A DNA stretch of 44,295 nucleotides from IMG/VR virus record IMGVR_UViG_3300025837_000005, positions 1 to 44,295 of that record; one strand, 5' to 3'. This DNA is from a virus (taxonomy: Duplodnaviria; Caudoviricetes). Under the pieces are notes generated by a model. The model saw nothing but the letters and a program-made list of their open reading frames with translations, searched no databases and was not told where the DNA came from. The translations under genes and the position numbers were made by a program. Positions 1 to 10,300 of the stretch are shown here, in pieces; position 1 is the first letter of the stretch, and every line of letters starts with the position of its first letter.

Positions 1-319
1 TTTAAAACAAGAATTATTGCAAATTGAAATTGAGAAAAAACTTTTTATTGGTAAAAATATGGAATGTACTGCTGGAGATCGGCTTCGAGAGATACTTGAA
101 TGGTCGGCAATCAAAAAGGAATTAACGCCTTTTATGAAATACGGAGTGAATAATGTTGATACTCATCAGTTGGAGGCAATGAGAATGCGATATCAAATGG
201 AAGCTTCACTTGTAAATAATGGAACAGCGATAGCGGATGCTCGAAATATATTGGGTTTGGAAAAAACATCTACCAGGATAGTGATGAGAAAGAAAGGCGG
301 GAATGGTGGCATACATTAA
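1..319 (+). CDS. Phage hypothetical protein, probably 5'-truncated by the window edge
   Basis: ORF 17..319; DRLREILEWS...VDTHQLE resembles (from recall) proteins found next to Kelch-like virion genes in uncultured phages. Confidence 0.55.
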   Translation, partial: LKQELLQIEIEKKLFIGKNMECTAGDRLREILEWSAIKKELTPFMKYGVNNVDTHQLEAMRMRYQMEASLVNNGTAIADARNILGLEKTSTRIVMRKKGGNGGIH

Positions 320-360
320 ATTAAGTGAAAAAACAGATACTAATAAAGGATTTATCACCC

Positions 361-482
361 ATCAATTACTAATCGGCTATAAGCCGATAGTTTGCAAGTA
401 AGTCGGCTGAAGCCGACTCCCTGCGATAGGTTTATTGACCAAAACCCTACCTGGATAGCATGTAGCGTCCAAGTAATTTTGC
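361..482 (-). ncRNA. TnpB omegaRNA scaffold overlapping the tnpB 3' end; predicted guide GGGTGATAAATCCTTTATTA (reverse complement of 341-360)
   Basis: Position at element right end; hairpins ATCGGCTATAAGCCGAT and AGTCGGCTGAAGCCGACT; same block recurs at 20887-21008. Confidence 0.75.
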
Positions 483-1531
483 CGGATATTCCGGCTTGCG
501 TTTAAATCAGCATTGAGAAAGAAACCACAATGTTTACATTTAAAGATAGTTTGAGATTGACGGTTGGAACGGGAGATGTAGCCGCAAGCGGAACATTTCT
601 GGCTGGTATAACGAGCATCAACATACTTGACCTTCATCCCTCTGGCCTCAGCTTTGTAAGCAAGGAATTGCTCAAATTGGAAGAAGTTCCATTTATGCAA
701 CTCTTTACGTTGCTTTTTACGAAGCCTTACAGTTTGCCTGATCCCAGACAAATTCTCAAGGGCAATTACCGTTCCGTTATCAAGAGATTCTACAATTTGC
801 TTTGTTATCGCGTGGTTAGTATCAGTTCTGAAGCGGTTCTCCTTCTTAGATATTTTTTGAAGGTGTCTTTTAGCCGATTTGCTGCCACAAGATTGCAAAA
901 CACTTCTAATCTTTTCGTAACGCCTGGAAACTCTTTTAATTTGACCGCCGCCAAAGAATTGATTTTCAGAGGTAACTGCAATCTTCTTAATCCCCCTGTC
1001 AACGCCGACAACATCGCCGGAGAGTTCCGAATCGGAAACCTCCTTACTGAAAACTATATTCAGAAAAACTTTATTCTTTCTGATAAACAGGTCAGCGGAA
1101 CATCGTTTCCATGTAAGATATTGTCGAAAACATTCAGGAACAGAGACAGGGATTTTGATTCTTCCTTCGATAGTAAGCAGAGAAAGCTCGTTTCGTTCAA
1201 ACCAAACATTGAAACTTCGAGCATCATAACGAACAGAACATTGCTTGCTTTGTGGGCAGGTCGCCTTTTGTTTCTTTTTCAATTTTGCTTTAACGGCCTT
1301 AATGGCTTCAGTAGCTTTCATTCGGGCAGATACAGCAAGCTGGGACGGAAGATATTCTCTTGTTTTAAGATAGGTTTTGTTGTGCAGAGAAACCCCATTA
1401 GAATCGCTGTCATTCCATCCTACTTGACAAACAAAATTAAAAGCCTTTGTGTAGGCGTCCAACGTTGGTTTGATGCTTTCTACCGGGATATTAAGTTTAA
1501 GCTTTATGGTTCTTACAAGCTTCATGTTCAT
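377..1531 (-). CDS. tnpB: RNA-guided endonuclease TnpB
   Basis: RuvC motifs VGVDRG, IALENL, NADLNA all intact; Zn finger CSAC...CKHC; YTSQKCS motif; 384 aa. Confidence 0.96.
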   Translation of the reverse strand: MNMKLVRTIKLKLNIPVESIKPTLDAYTKAFNFVCQVGWNDSDSNGVSLHNKTYLKTREYLPSQLAVSARMKATEAIKAVKAKLKKKQKATCPQSKQCSVRYDARSFNVWFERNELSLLTIEGRIKIPVSVPECFRQYLTWKRCSADLFIRKNKVFLNIVFSKEVSDSELSGDVVGVDRGIKKIAVTSENQFFGGGQIKRVSRRYEKIRSVLQSCGSKSAKRHLQKISKKENRFRTDTNHAITKQIVESLDNGTVIALENLSGIRQTVRLRKKQRKELHKWNFFQFEQFLAYKAEARGMKVKYVDARYTSQKCSACGYISRSNRQSQTIFKCKHCGFFLNADLNASRNIRQNYLDATCYPGRVLVNKPIAGSRLQPTYLQTIGL

Positions 1532-1560
1532 ATAATAAGCACATTAAATATATTTGTCAA
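1532..1560 (-). promoter_or_regulatory. sigma70-type promoter of tnpB, likely giving a leaderless mRNA
   Basis: TTGACA-17 nt-TATTAT on the minus strand, directly before ATG 1531 / ATG 1525. Confidence 0.7.
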
Positions 1561-1629
1561 GAGGAAAAGCGCTAAAGCGACTCGCCTGAAGGCGAGGGTT
1601 TCCGCTTCGCTCCTCCAGGAGACGAGACA

Positions 1630-1740
1630 ATGAGCGAAATAAAAATTATTGAACTGACAAGCCTGAAAACTGAAATATTATTACTTAAGGGTGAATTAAC
1701 AGAGAAGAAAAAGAAATTTACGAAATTATCAGGGAAATAA
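1630..1740 (+). CDS. Small hypothetical protein (36 aa, MSEIKIIELTSLKTE...)
   Basis: ATG at the element junction with AGGAG upstream; stop lies 3 nt before the next gene. Confidence 0.45.
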   Translation: MSEIKIIELTSLKTEILLLKGELTEKKKKFTKLSGK

Positions 1741-1743
1741 ACG

Positions 1744-2586
1744 ATGGGAACTTGGTCATCGGGTGGTAATTTAGCAACAGCGAGAAGCCGTTTAGCAGGT
1801 TGTGGAACACAAGCTGCTGGGTTAAGTTTTGGGGGATATACTGGCGCTAATTCTGCTGTTACCGAGGAATATGATGGAGCAACTTGGTCAGCTGGTGGTA
1901 ATCTAGCAACAGCAAGAAGACTTTTAGCTGGTTGCGGGACACAAACTGCTGGGTTAAGTTTTGGGGGGTATAGTGATGCTAATTCTGCTGTTACTGAGGA
2001 ATATGATGGCACAAATTGGTCAGTTGGTGGTAATATAGCAACAGCAAGACATACTTTAGCAGGTTGTGGAACACAAGCTGCTGGGTTAAGTTTTGGGGGA
2101 TATACTAGCGCTAATTCTGCTGTTACTGAAGAATATGATGGCACAAATTGGTCATCGGGTGGTAATTTAGCCACAGCAAGACGTGGTTTAGCAGGTTGTG
2201 GAACACAAGCTGCTGGGTTAAGTTTTGGGGGATATAGTGATGCTTATTCTGCTGTTACTGAGGAATATGATGGCACAAATTGGTCAGCTGGTGGTAATCT
2301 AGCAACAGCAAGATATTCTTTAGCAGGTTGTGGAACACAAGCTGCTGGGTTAAGTTTTGGGGGATATACTGGCGCTAATTCTGTTGTTACTGAGGAATAT
2401 GATGGCACAAATTGGTTAGCTGGTGGTAATCTAGTAACAGCGAGAAACTATTTAGCAGGTTGTGGGACACAAACTGCTGGGTTAAGTTTTGGGGGATATA
2501 GTGATGCTTATTCTGCTGTTACTGAGGAATATACAGAACTAACAGAACTATTGATATTTATTCCATGGATTGGGGAATGTATGTAA
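1744..2586 (+). CDS. Kelch-like beta-propeller repeat protein, putative virion/receptor-binding protein
   Basis: Six ~47-aa repeats WSxGGNLATARxxLAGCGTQAAGLSFGGY...TEEYDG. Confidence 0.8.
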   Translation: MGTWSSGGNLATARSRLAGCGTQAAGLSFGGYTGANSAVTEEYDGATWSAGGNLATARRLLAGCGTQTAGLSFGGYSDANSAVTEEYDGTNWSVGGNIATARHTLAGCGTQAAGLSFGGYTSANSAVTEEYDGTNWSSGGNLATARRGLAGCGTQAAGLSFGGYSDAYSAVTEEYDGTNWSAGGNLATARYSLAGCGTQAAGLSFGGYTGANSVVTEEYDGTNWLAGGNLVTARNYLAGCGTQTAGLSFGGYSDAYSAVTEEYTELTELLIFIPWIGECM

Positions 2587-2834
2587 GTGAAGCGATTGCG
2601 TTAGAGAATAAATTATGCCGAACGGAATAATAGGCATTGAAGATTTTTGAGAAGAGCAAAGATGTTGATTGGAAACTTAATGTTTTTTTTAATCTAATCC
2701 CAAGAAGTCCCCAATCCTATCTTTGATAGGTGGGGGAGTGTTCACAACGATAGTTTCCTATATAAAAAAAATTGACAAACGTTTCGAGGCAGGAAATAGT
2801 CGATTTGTGAAGTTAGAAAAAAGGAGGCCACCTG

Positions 2835-3851
2835 ATGGCATGGACAATAAACGATTTAAAAAAACCAGGCGTCCGCGGTCTTTTATCAAACCGAACGTCC
2901 CCTGCGGCCAGGATTGCGCCTAAACCTGTCGTTCCGATAGCGGTTGATACAAAAAACCAGGCGCCTTTTAATGTTGACACCGTTGAGGGCCGCCTCAACA
3001 ACTTGTTGAGCAAAGACAACCCATATATTAAAACGGCCAGAGCAAATGCGGCTGAAGCGTCAAACCAAAGGGGCTTGTTAAACACCAGTATTGCGGCTGG
3101 AACAGGGGAGAAGGCTGCTATTGAATCAGCTTTTCCGATTGCGGCTCAGGATGCGAGCACGGCCAACGCCTTCAGGCAAAACGAGCAGGCATTTAATTAT
3201 AATGCCGCTCTTCAGAACGCGAGTGCGGCTAACACCCTCAAGCAAAGAGAGCAGGCATATGAATATGACCTCGCTCTTCAGAACGCGAACGCGGCCGACA
3301 TCCTCGAGCAAAACAAGCAGGCATATAAATATAACACCGCTCTTCAGAACGCGAACGCGGCCGACATCCTCAGGCAAAAAGAGCAGGCATTTAAATATGA
3401 CACCGCTCTTCAGGAAGCGAATGCGGCCGACATCCTCAGGCAAAAAGAGCAGGCATTTAATTATGATACCCAAATGCAGTCTCAGCTTTTTGAATACAAC
3501 GAGGCCCTCGGCCAAATGAACATAGATGCCGATTTAAAAGCAAGCACGTCGGAGAGCCTTCGACTCCTGGCACAGCAGAATATGACTGAAAGGACAAACA
3601 TCCTGACATCTCCGGAGCTCAATACGGAGACGAAAACGACTATGCTGAACGAGCTGAACGATTATACCACGCAGAACATGGCCCTCGTTGCTGAATTAGC
3701 CGGGTATGATGTCTCGATGTTTGATGAATCAGCCGGGCATAGTGCCTCGGATGAATCAGCCGGGCATAGTGCCTCGGATGAATCAGCCGGGCATAGTGCC
3801 CCGTTATATTATGACACGTATGGTCTCCCGGTATATTATCCCGGCATGTGA
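2835..3851 (+). CDS. Putative internal virion/DNA ejection protein
   Basis: AGGAGG RBS; NPYIKTARANA...NQRGLLNTSIAAG segment; Gln/Ala-rich 21-aa repeats; position before gp14/gp7-like genes. Confidence 0.6.
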   Translation: MAWTINDLKKPGVRGLLSNRTSPAARIAPKPVVPIAVDTKNQAPFNVDTVEGRLNNLLSKDNPYIKTARANAAEASNQRGLLNTSIAAGTGEKAAIESAFPIAAQDASTANAFRQNEQAFNYNAALQNASAANTLKQREQAYEYDLALQNANAADILEQNKQAYKYNTALQNANAADILRQKEQAFKYDTALQEANAADILRQKEQAFNYDTQMQSQLFEYNEALGQMNIDADLKASTSESLRLLAQQNMTERTNILTSPELNTETKTTMLNELNDYTTQNMALVAELAGYDVSMFDESAGHSASDESAGHSASDESAGHSAPLYYDTYGLPVYYPGM

Positions 3852-3990
3852 TGCATTAACCGGGAATTGGGTATGATTCCTCGATGCTTGATGAATTAAC
3901 CGGGTATGATGTCTCGATGTTTGATGAATCAGCCGGGGATAGTGCCTCGATGCTTGATAAATTTGATAGCCCCGATGCTTGATAAATTTG
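3693..3990 (+). repeat. Degenerate tandem repeat (GATGAATCAGCCGGGCATAGTGCCTCG-type) spanning the CDS end and the intergenic region
   Basis: Three 27-nt copies at about 3724-3800, with degenerate variants continuing after the stop codon. Confidence 0.8.
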
Positions 3991-4033
3991 GTAGAGTTAA
4001 AAAGACCAACTGAAATAACAGGAGCCACAAAAA

Positions 4034-4504
4034 TTGAAATGCACGCTGAAAAACTTTGAGTGGTTTTACGGGCTGCTTGATGCGAAAAAAGAAAAGATCA
4101 CGGACGATCACAGCGGGAGCATGTTCGATGTGGCTAAGCATTTACTGACGTGCCCTTCCGTAATCGTCTTAATGTCGTCTGAACGCACTGCGTTTGTCCT
4201 GTCATGCGTGAACTCAATTTTATATGAGGCGCATCTTCTCACGACCGACAAAAAAAACGTGATGCGAAACACGCTGAGCGCCGCCAGGTGGGTTAAGGAG
4301 AACACTGTAATTGAACGATTTATATCAAAAATTCCGGTTATTTCTATCTCGACAATGATGTATAGTGAATCAATCGGGATGGAGAAAATTGGAATCATTA
4401 AGGATGGATACCTGAAGAATGGTAAACGGATTGACATTGCCGTGGTCGGGTGTTCCGTCAACAACATTATAAGGAGGTTATCAAAATGGCAACAGCAGTT
4501 ATAG
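4034..4504 (+). CDS. GNAT-fold-like phage protein (P22 gp14/DUF2824-like)
   Basis: YEAH motif and GMEKIGIIKDGYLKNGKRID C-terminus; usual position before an ejection protein. Confidence 0.6.
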   Translation: MKCTLKNFEWFYGLLDAKKEKITDDHSGSMFDVAKHLLTCPSVIVLMSSERTAFVLSCVNSILYEAHLLTTDKKNVMRNTLSAARWVKENTVIERFISKIPVISISTMMYSESIGMEKIGIIKDGYLKNGKRIDIAVVGCSVNNIIRRLSKWQQQL

Positions 4505-5289
4505 CTGTAGCAGCGGCAGTAGGAGGAGGTCTGGCTGGCTCGGCGGCGGCCGTTGGTGTATCAGGCTACCTCTCTTCGATAGCTGTCGGGGCGATCGTCG
4601 GTGCTGTTGTGGGTGGCGCTATCTCTGCGGTCGGCGCAGCTATAACAGGCCAGGACGTTGGCAAGTCGTTTAAAAGCGGGTTAATTTCAGGCGGCATTGC
4701 CGGAGCAATCGGTGGGTACGTCACAGCTAGTAGCACCATGGCCATGTCTGAAGGAAACGCCGTCGGCGGCGGCGCGCAGGCAAGCGGGGCTGGAGGAAAC
4801 GCCGCCGTCGGCGCGCCGGCAAGCGGGGCTGGTGTTCCCCTTAAAGCGTCGCAGGCCGGTCTTTTGCAAGAACAACCAGTTTCCGGCGCGGTAAGCAGCG
4901 CCCCGGTTAAGGCGGGGACTACAGCAGTCAACCCAACCGGGAACGTCGCGGAAGGATTGGGTAATGCCATAAAGACCCAGGCCGTTGCCGAACAACCAAC
5001 GCAGCAGGCGGGCCTCCTTAGCGGACTCGGAAAGATAATGCCTAAGTCAGAATTTGGGAAATATGCTGTTCTTGTAGGAGGGACGACCGCCCTTGGCAGT
5101 GTTTACCAGGGAATGTCCGAAGATGAAAGGGCTGCAAAAGCTGAAAGATTGGTGGAAGAGAAACGGCAGCGGCTTAATACGAGCCTACTCGAAGCAGCTC
5201 CGATGTCTCCGCCTATGAGCTTTGGCTTTAAAGACAATAGGTTGTTTTTTAGTCCAAGCTACAGCAACAGATATTTGGAGACGATGTAA
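4486..5289 (+). CDS. Gly/Ala-rich DNA transfer (ejection) protein, P22 gp7-like
   Basis: AAGGAGG RBS before ATG 4486; hydrophobic Gly/Ala-rich N-terminus. Confidence 0.6.
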   Translation: MATAVIAVAAAVGGGLAGSAAAVGVSGYLSSIAVGAIVGAVVGGAISAVGAAITGQDVGKSFKSGLISGGIAGAIGGYVTASSTMAMSEGNAVGGGAQASGAGGNAAVGAPASGAGVPLKASQAGLLQEQPVSGAVSSAPVKAGTTAVNPTGNVAEGLGNAIKTQAVAEQPTQQAGLLSGLGKIMPKSEFGKYAVLVGGTTALGSVYQGMSEDERAAKAERLVEEKRQRLNTSLLEAAPMSPPMSFGFKDNRLFFSPSYSNRYLETM

Positions 5290-5969
5290 TGAGAAAAACG
5301 AAAAAAAGAAAGCAAGCGGCGAGGCAGCCACGCGGCCAGGAACTGCCGGCTAATTTTGACCAGCAGGTCGAGCAAGTGACGGCGATGGCGATGTCCATCA
5401 TCTACGATGAGAAGAACGGCATCGTCGAAAGACAACTCCCAGATGCGTTACAGGATGCACAACAGATCGTTCAAGGAGAAGAGGATGTTATCCCTTCTGC
5501 TATTGCGAACGTTGCCTTGTGGGTATTGGCTACCGTTGAAGCGAACATTGAAAGCAAGGGCCATTCCGTCAGGCCGATTGTTGTTCTTGGGGCTATCGGC
5601 AGGATCGTTGCCGAGGTCTCGGAGGCTGCACAGGCAACCGGAACTGTCCAGATGAATAAAGAGGATATTCAGGTTGCGATAGCCGCTGCAATTAGTCTAT
5701 ATATCTCGCAGGCAAGGAAAGAGGGTAAGGTTACAAACCAACAGCTTATAGAGGCAATCAAGGCGCTCCAGAAAGCGTATCCGAAAGAAGCCGCCAATTT
5801 TCAACAGATGATACAGGCAAGGGCTCAGCGACAAGCCACTGGCCAGGGCAAAATCCTGGCTCAGCCCGGCATGAAAGGGTCGGTACAGCCGCTTGTTAAA
5901 CAAGGCATGGCAGGCCAAGCGCCCAAACCAGGATTACTTGGAGGCGCCAGGTCAACTACCGTCAGTTAA
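5289..5969 (+). CDS. Hypothetical virion-module protein; last 5 residues supplied by the inserted element
   Basis: Start overlaps upstream stop (TAATG); removing 5951-6297 restores GCC AGA TGA. Confidence 0.7.
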   Translation: MRKTKKRKQAARQPRGQELPANFDQQVEQVTAMAMSIIYDEKNGIVERQLPDALQDAQQIVQGEEDVIPSAIANVALWVLATVEANIESKGHSVRPIVVLGAIGRIVAEVSEAAQATGTVQMNKEDIQVAIAAAISLYISQARKEGKVTNQQLIEAIKALQKAYPKEAANFQQMIQARAQRQATGQGKILAQPGMKGSVQPLVKQGMAGQAPKPGLLGGARSTTVS

Positions 5970-6297
5970 AGCAGGCGGCTTGTAACTGCACTCCGCCGCA
6001 ATTTCCCATAAGGGGTTTTGGCATCATCGTGCGTTACGATACGGCTATTGACTGAGCCGCTACCTGGATAGCATATAGCGTCCAAGTAATTTTGCCGGAT
6101 ATTCCGGCCAGCATTAAGATCAGCATTAAGAGAGAAACCGCAATGTTTGCACTTGAAGACAGATTGAGATTGACGATTGGAATGGGAAATGTATCCATAA
6201 TATGCACATTGAATGCTTTTATCAAGAAAAATCTTTTAAGAAAGGAGGACGGCATTTCTCTCCCAGCTAAAGCAGGGAGTTTCCTGCCGTGTGATTT
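5951..6297 (-). mobile_element. Internally deleted IS200/IS605 derivative (PATE/MITE-like) with omegaRNA, tnpB 3' remnant and promoter
   Basis: Right end ...GGTAGTTGAC; left-end hairpin CTCCCTGCTTTAGCTGGGAG; 6060-6195 similar to tnpB 3' end; TTGATA-17-TATTAT at 6225-6197; followed by ATGA. Confidence 0.88.
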
Positions 6298-7296
6298 ATG
6301 AAAGCAGGTCTTTTAAGCGGAATCGGCCAGGGTTTGGGCAATATTGCGAATATGGCCCAGTGGTATTACGGAGAGAAGAAAGAGGCTGACCGGCAAGAAG
6401 AACTAAAAAAAATTCTGGTTGGAGAAAAGGCCCTCGGAGCAAAACAATATGAAGAAAAGATTATTGGATACACAAAGGACGGAAGACCAGTAACCCAAGG
6501 CATGTTGTCCGGCGGAGAGTATGAAGGAGCAATCTACGGACAGCAGATAAGGGATGACAACTCACAGGTGTATGTTGATAAAGACGGGAACGTTATCCCG
6601 GATATTTCTAAACATAAGGGGCCTGCGTTTAAGATTGGACCGTATATTCCAGGTTATAAAGAAAGGGAGTATGACAACTCACAGGTGTATGTTGATAAAG
6701 ACGGGAACGTTATCCCGGATATTTCTAAACACAAGGGACCTGCGTTTAAAATTGGACCGTATGGTTATGGGCAACAGATAAGGGAGCATAACAACTCACA
6801 GGTGTATGTTGATAAAAACGGGAACGTTATCCCGAATATTTCTAAACACAAGGGGCCTGCGTTTAAGATTGGACCGTATGGTTCAGGTGACGGTAGCGAT
6901 GGCGGCGGGGAGGTAGACCTTGTTAATATTAAACGATTTAATGATCTTGCCGCACAGATGCTCGGCGTCAAGAAGTTTTCGGTTGGGGCAAGAATAAAAG
7001 GCCGGCCGCCGGACGAGACGACCATAGACTTATTAAGCAAAATGGCTGGCGAACAGTTGGTCGTTAAGCCGGATAACGGCGGGTTGCTTGGAAAGAGGGG
7101 ATACACAATATTGCCAGCCTCGTCGGTTGGTGTGGGGAGCAGTGAGGTCAATTTTTTTGTCGGTGATGATCCGAATGCACCTCCGCTTATTTCTAAAGAA
7201 GAAAGAAACGAAAAACTGAAGACCAGAAGGGAAATTGAGAAAAAGATGACGTTTATGGAAAAGTTCAGGGCTAAAAACGCGAATTCTAATGAATAA
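6298..7296 (+). CDS. Putative internal virion protein with three internal repeats
   Basis: 3x (D/N)NSQVYVDK(D/N)GNVIP(D/N)ISKHKGPAFKIGPY; GLLSGIGQGLG N-terminus. Confidence 0.65.
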   Translation: MKAGLLSGIGQGLGNIANMAQWYYGEKKEADRQEELKKILVGEKALGAKQYEEKIIGYTKDGRPVTQGMLSGGEYEGAIYGQQIRDDNSQVYVDKDGNVIPDISKHKGPAFKIGPYIPGYKEREYDNSQVYVDKDGNVIPDISKHKGPAFKIGPYGYGQQIREHNNSQVYVDKNGNVIPNISKHKGPAFKIGPYGSGDGSDGGGEVDLVNIKRFNDLAAQMLGVKKFSVGARIKGRPPDETTIDLLSKMAGEQLVVKPDNGGLLGKRGYTILPASSVGVGSSEVNFFVGDDPNAPPLISKEERNEKLKTRREIEKKMTFMEKFRAKNANSNE

Positions 7297-7313
7297 TAAT
7301 AGAGAATGACTTA

Positions 7314-10300
7314 ATGGCTCTTTTAAAATATATCCGGGAGAAAAACGGCGGCCTCCCAAACATAGATTCTTTTGCTCTTGCCAAAGCGGTTTATGACGCG
7401 AATCCGAAGTATCAAACAATGTCGTTTGATAACTTTGCCAGCGCTGCTGGAATCGAAGAAGATATAGCAGCGACAAGAAGCGGTTTAAAGGATACTGCTG
7501 CTGCCGTTATTGAAAGCGTTCCTGTTGCGGGCATGGGTCTGCTGTCATCCGCTGTTGGCGCCATAAAGGGCGTCAGTAAAAATGCCGGGGTATATGCAGA
7601 AGACCTTACGATGGCAGAACGGCTTCAGTCTAAGTCTGATAAAATGACGGCGGAGTATCTTCAGAAGCATGGCATAAACACAGGTGATAAGTTTTTAGGA
7701 CTAACGCCTGCTGGGGTTGCACAGGCCATGTCAAACATGGGTTACACCGGCCTGGGCATGGTGTCCGGCGGTGCTGGCGGTGCTGCAGGGCTGGCTGCAA
7801 CCGGAGGGAACCCGGTTGGCGGTTATGTTGGCGCTGGTGTTGCTTCAGCCGGAGTGCTAACATCTGCCGCTAAAAACCAAATCATGCGCGCCTACCGGGA
7901 TGCCCTGAATGAGAAAAGGGAAGAAGCGGGTGAGCCTATTCTGTCAGATAAAGAATGGTTTGAAACAGCAGCGGCCTTCAATAAAGAAGCCAATAAACAC
8001 GCCCTCTGGGAGTCCGGCCTCGAGACAGCCGGGGAGCTTCTCGAGTTTGGCGCTATTACCGCCCCGCTCAAAAAAATAGTTGGAAAAGAAATAGCCGAGC
8101 GGATGGCTAAAAACTGGATAGGGAAGACCGCAAATGTTGGCGTCCGGAGCGCGGCTGCAAGTGGATCAGAGCTTGCGACAGAAGCGGTCACACTTCTCAA
8201 ACAAGCGCCGATTGAAAAAAAAGCTGGTCTTAGAGAAGACGTACCTGAAAATTTTCTCGAAGCCGTTAAAGAGGTTTACCCGGTTGTCATGCCGATGGCG
8301 ATTATAGCTGGCGGCGGGGCGAAGTTGGGTCATGTCGCATATAAAAAAGCGTCTGAAAGAATAAAAGAGGCCAAAGAGAAGCGGGCTAACACCGCAGTGG
8401 AGCAGGCAAAAAAACTGGCGGAAAGCCTTATCGGGAAAGAACCCTCTGATACCGGACTGAGAGACCGGGATTTAGCTATTATCGCAGAAGAGATACTGAA
8501 CGATATTGAAACAGGGCTTTATGACAATCCGGCGGTAGCCAACGACTTGGCCGGTGAGGTTGAAAGAACCCCGGGGCTTTTGGATGCCATTGAAAAAGCA
8601 AAGAATGTGCGGGTTGGCGTGATCCCTACCCCCGCCACGCCCAGTCCGTCTTTATCTGAAACCAATCTCGGGCCCGACTTTAAGAATGCCCCGGTAAACC
8701 GGTCCGCTCTCGACGCTGAGGATTCAGAGAAAAACAGGATTCGGCAGGTTTATGCCCTGAAACAGCAAATTGCTGCCGTAAAGCAACAAGCTCCCGGGGA
8801 AACACAAACTCCGTTCCGGGCCCGGGTTATCAAAAAGCTTGAGGCAGACCTGGAGGCCCTTGGCCCGGTTAATCTTTCGGCAGAAGCTGCAAAGCGGAAC
8901 CAGGTTGTTCTCTCCGGCATGAAGCCTGAGATCGCCGGTTTTAATGTGCCGAAGACAAAAGAGGACGTTTTGGCAGAGCAGGCTTTAGCAGGGGCCGAAG
9001 AGACCGCTTGGGCCGACGAGCAGAAGACGATACAGAAACAACGCAACGATCAACAAGTCATTTCCTTAAGGAAGAGGCTTGCGGATCTCAAAAAGCAGAA
9101 ACAGACCAAGCCTGTAAAGAAACAGATAAAAGAGACGGAAGATCGTCTGGGCTCGCTGAAGCCCGCGGATATAATTCGCCAAAAAGCAAGGGAAAACCAA
9201 GCCCGAATTGATGCCGGGCTGTTCCCAGAAGAATTCCCGGAGCCTCGGACATTTGAGAATGCCCCGGTAAACCGGCTGGCCGGGAAAGCGAAGACTTTGG
9301 CCGATATGTCGGCAAGCCTCCAGACGACCGAAACAAGGGGTGTGGCGACCGATAAAGAAGGAAATCGATATTCTTTCGGTGCATCGTCTCCAAGATGGTT
9401 TACAAAACTGAACGAAAAGACGAAGTCTGTAGGGCAGGAGTTTTTTTCCAGGAAAGAAATTGACGTACTCGCAAGGAAATACGTCTCCAGGGCGAAGCTG
9501 ACGGCGAAACAACGTCAGCGCATGTTTCTTCTTGATCAGGCGGTCACCGATTTTGAGAACGAAACTGGTAAAGAGAAAAAAGGAACAGTAACCCCTTCTC
9601 CTGAGACGCCCCAAACAATCTCCAGCGAACCACTGGCTGCACCACAGTCTGACGTAACCAACACCCTTACCCCAACCGATAACAAATTGTTACCAGTTGC
9701 AGAAGCCAAATCAGTCCCCGCCGAAGTTCTGAAAGACTACCCGGACCTTGCGGCAAAAACAAAGCCGGCAGCATGGGAATCAAGTGAGCTTGTCCAAAGT
9801 CCGAACATCCAGATAGACAGAACCGAGGCAAAGAAGCAGGCCGATGGATCGTTTAGGCTGTTCTTCCGTGGCACTCGCAATGAGGTTTTTGCCGGGCAGA
9901 CGTTCGGGTCCGCATCCGAGGCCCGTCAATTTTTTAAAGTCCAGCAGGCAAAAGCGCAGCAGGATGCCGCTTCCAGCAGAAAAGAACCTGACGACAGCCC
10001 GAAATTCAGCCTGACTGAAGACAAATCTCTTTATATCACACACAATATCACCGAAGACAAGCTGCGCCATGCGCTAGATCTTGGTGGATTGGCAATGCCA
10101 TCCTCCGCCGTGTCTAGTATTAAAAACGAAGCAATGGTGAAATTTGGGGATATTTCTCTTCTCGCGCACCCTAATTTTTTACAGTCTGGTAAAGTGCGTG
10201 TGTTTGACGCCGATATTTATTCTCCGCGCTACCCGGCAGCCAAATATGATATTAACGAAAAAGCCATTACCGATTTTAATAAATGGATAGATGGGGACTG

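Larger units (their letters stand above)
361..1629 (-). mobile_element. IS200/IS605-family element (tnpB only, no tnpA)
   Basis: Left-end hairpin CTCGCCTTCAGGCGAG near 1580-1597; right end ...TAGTAATTGAT at 361; TCAT immediately outside the left end (ATGA at 1630-1633 on +). Confidence 0.85.

Noticed and set aside
3693-3990. Possible CRISPR array
   Set aside because: No unique spacers; partly coding tandem repeat; no cas genes
5951-6090. IscB/HEARO RNA on the plus strand (starts GTCAACTACC)
   Set aside because: Adjacent sequence is a minus-strand tnpB 3' remnant, so this is a TnpB element right end; no iscB present
5931-6090. 10-bp complementarity between the guide (TCCAAGTAAT) and the scaffold 5' region
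   Set aside because: The flank is coding sequence that predates the insertion; likely chance
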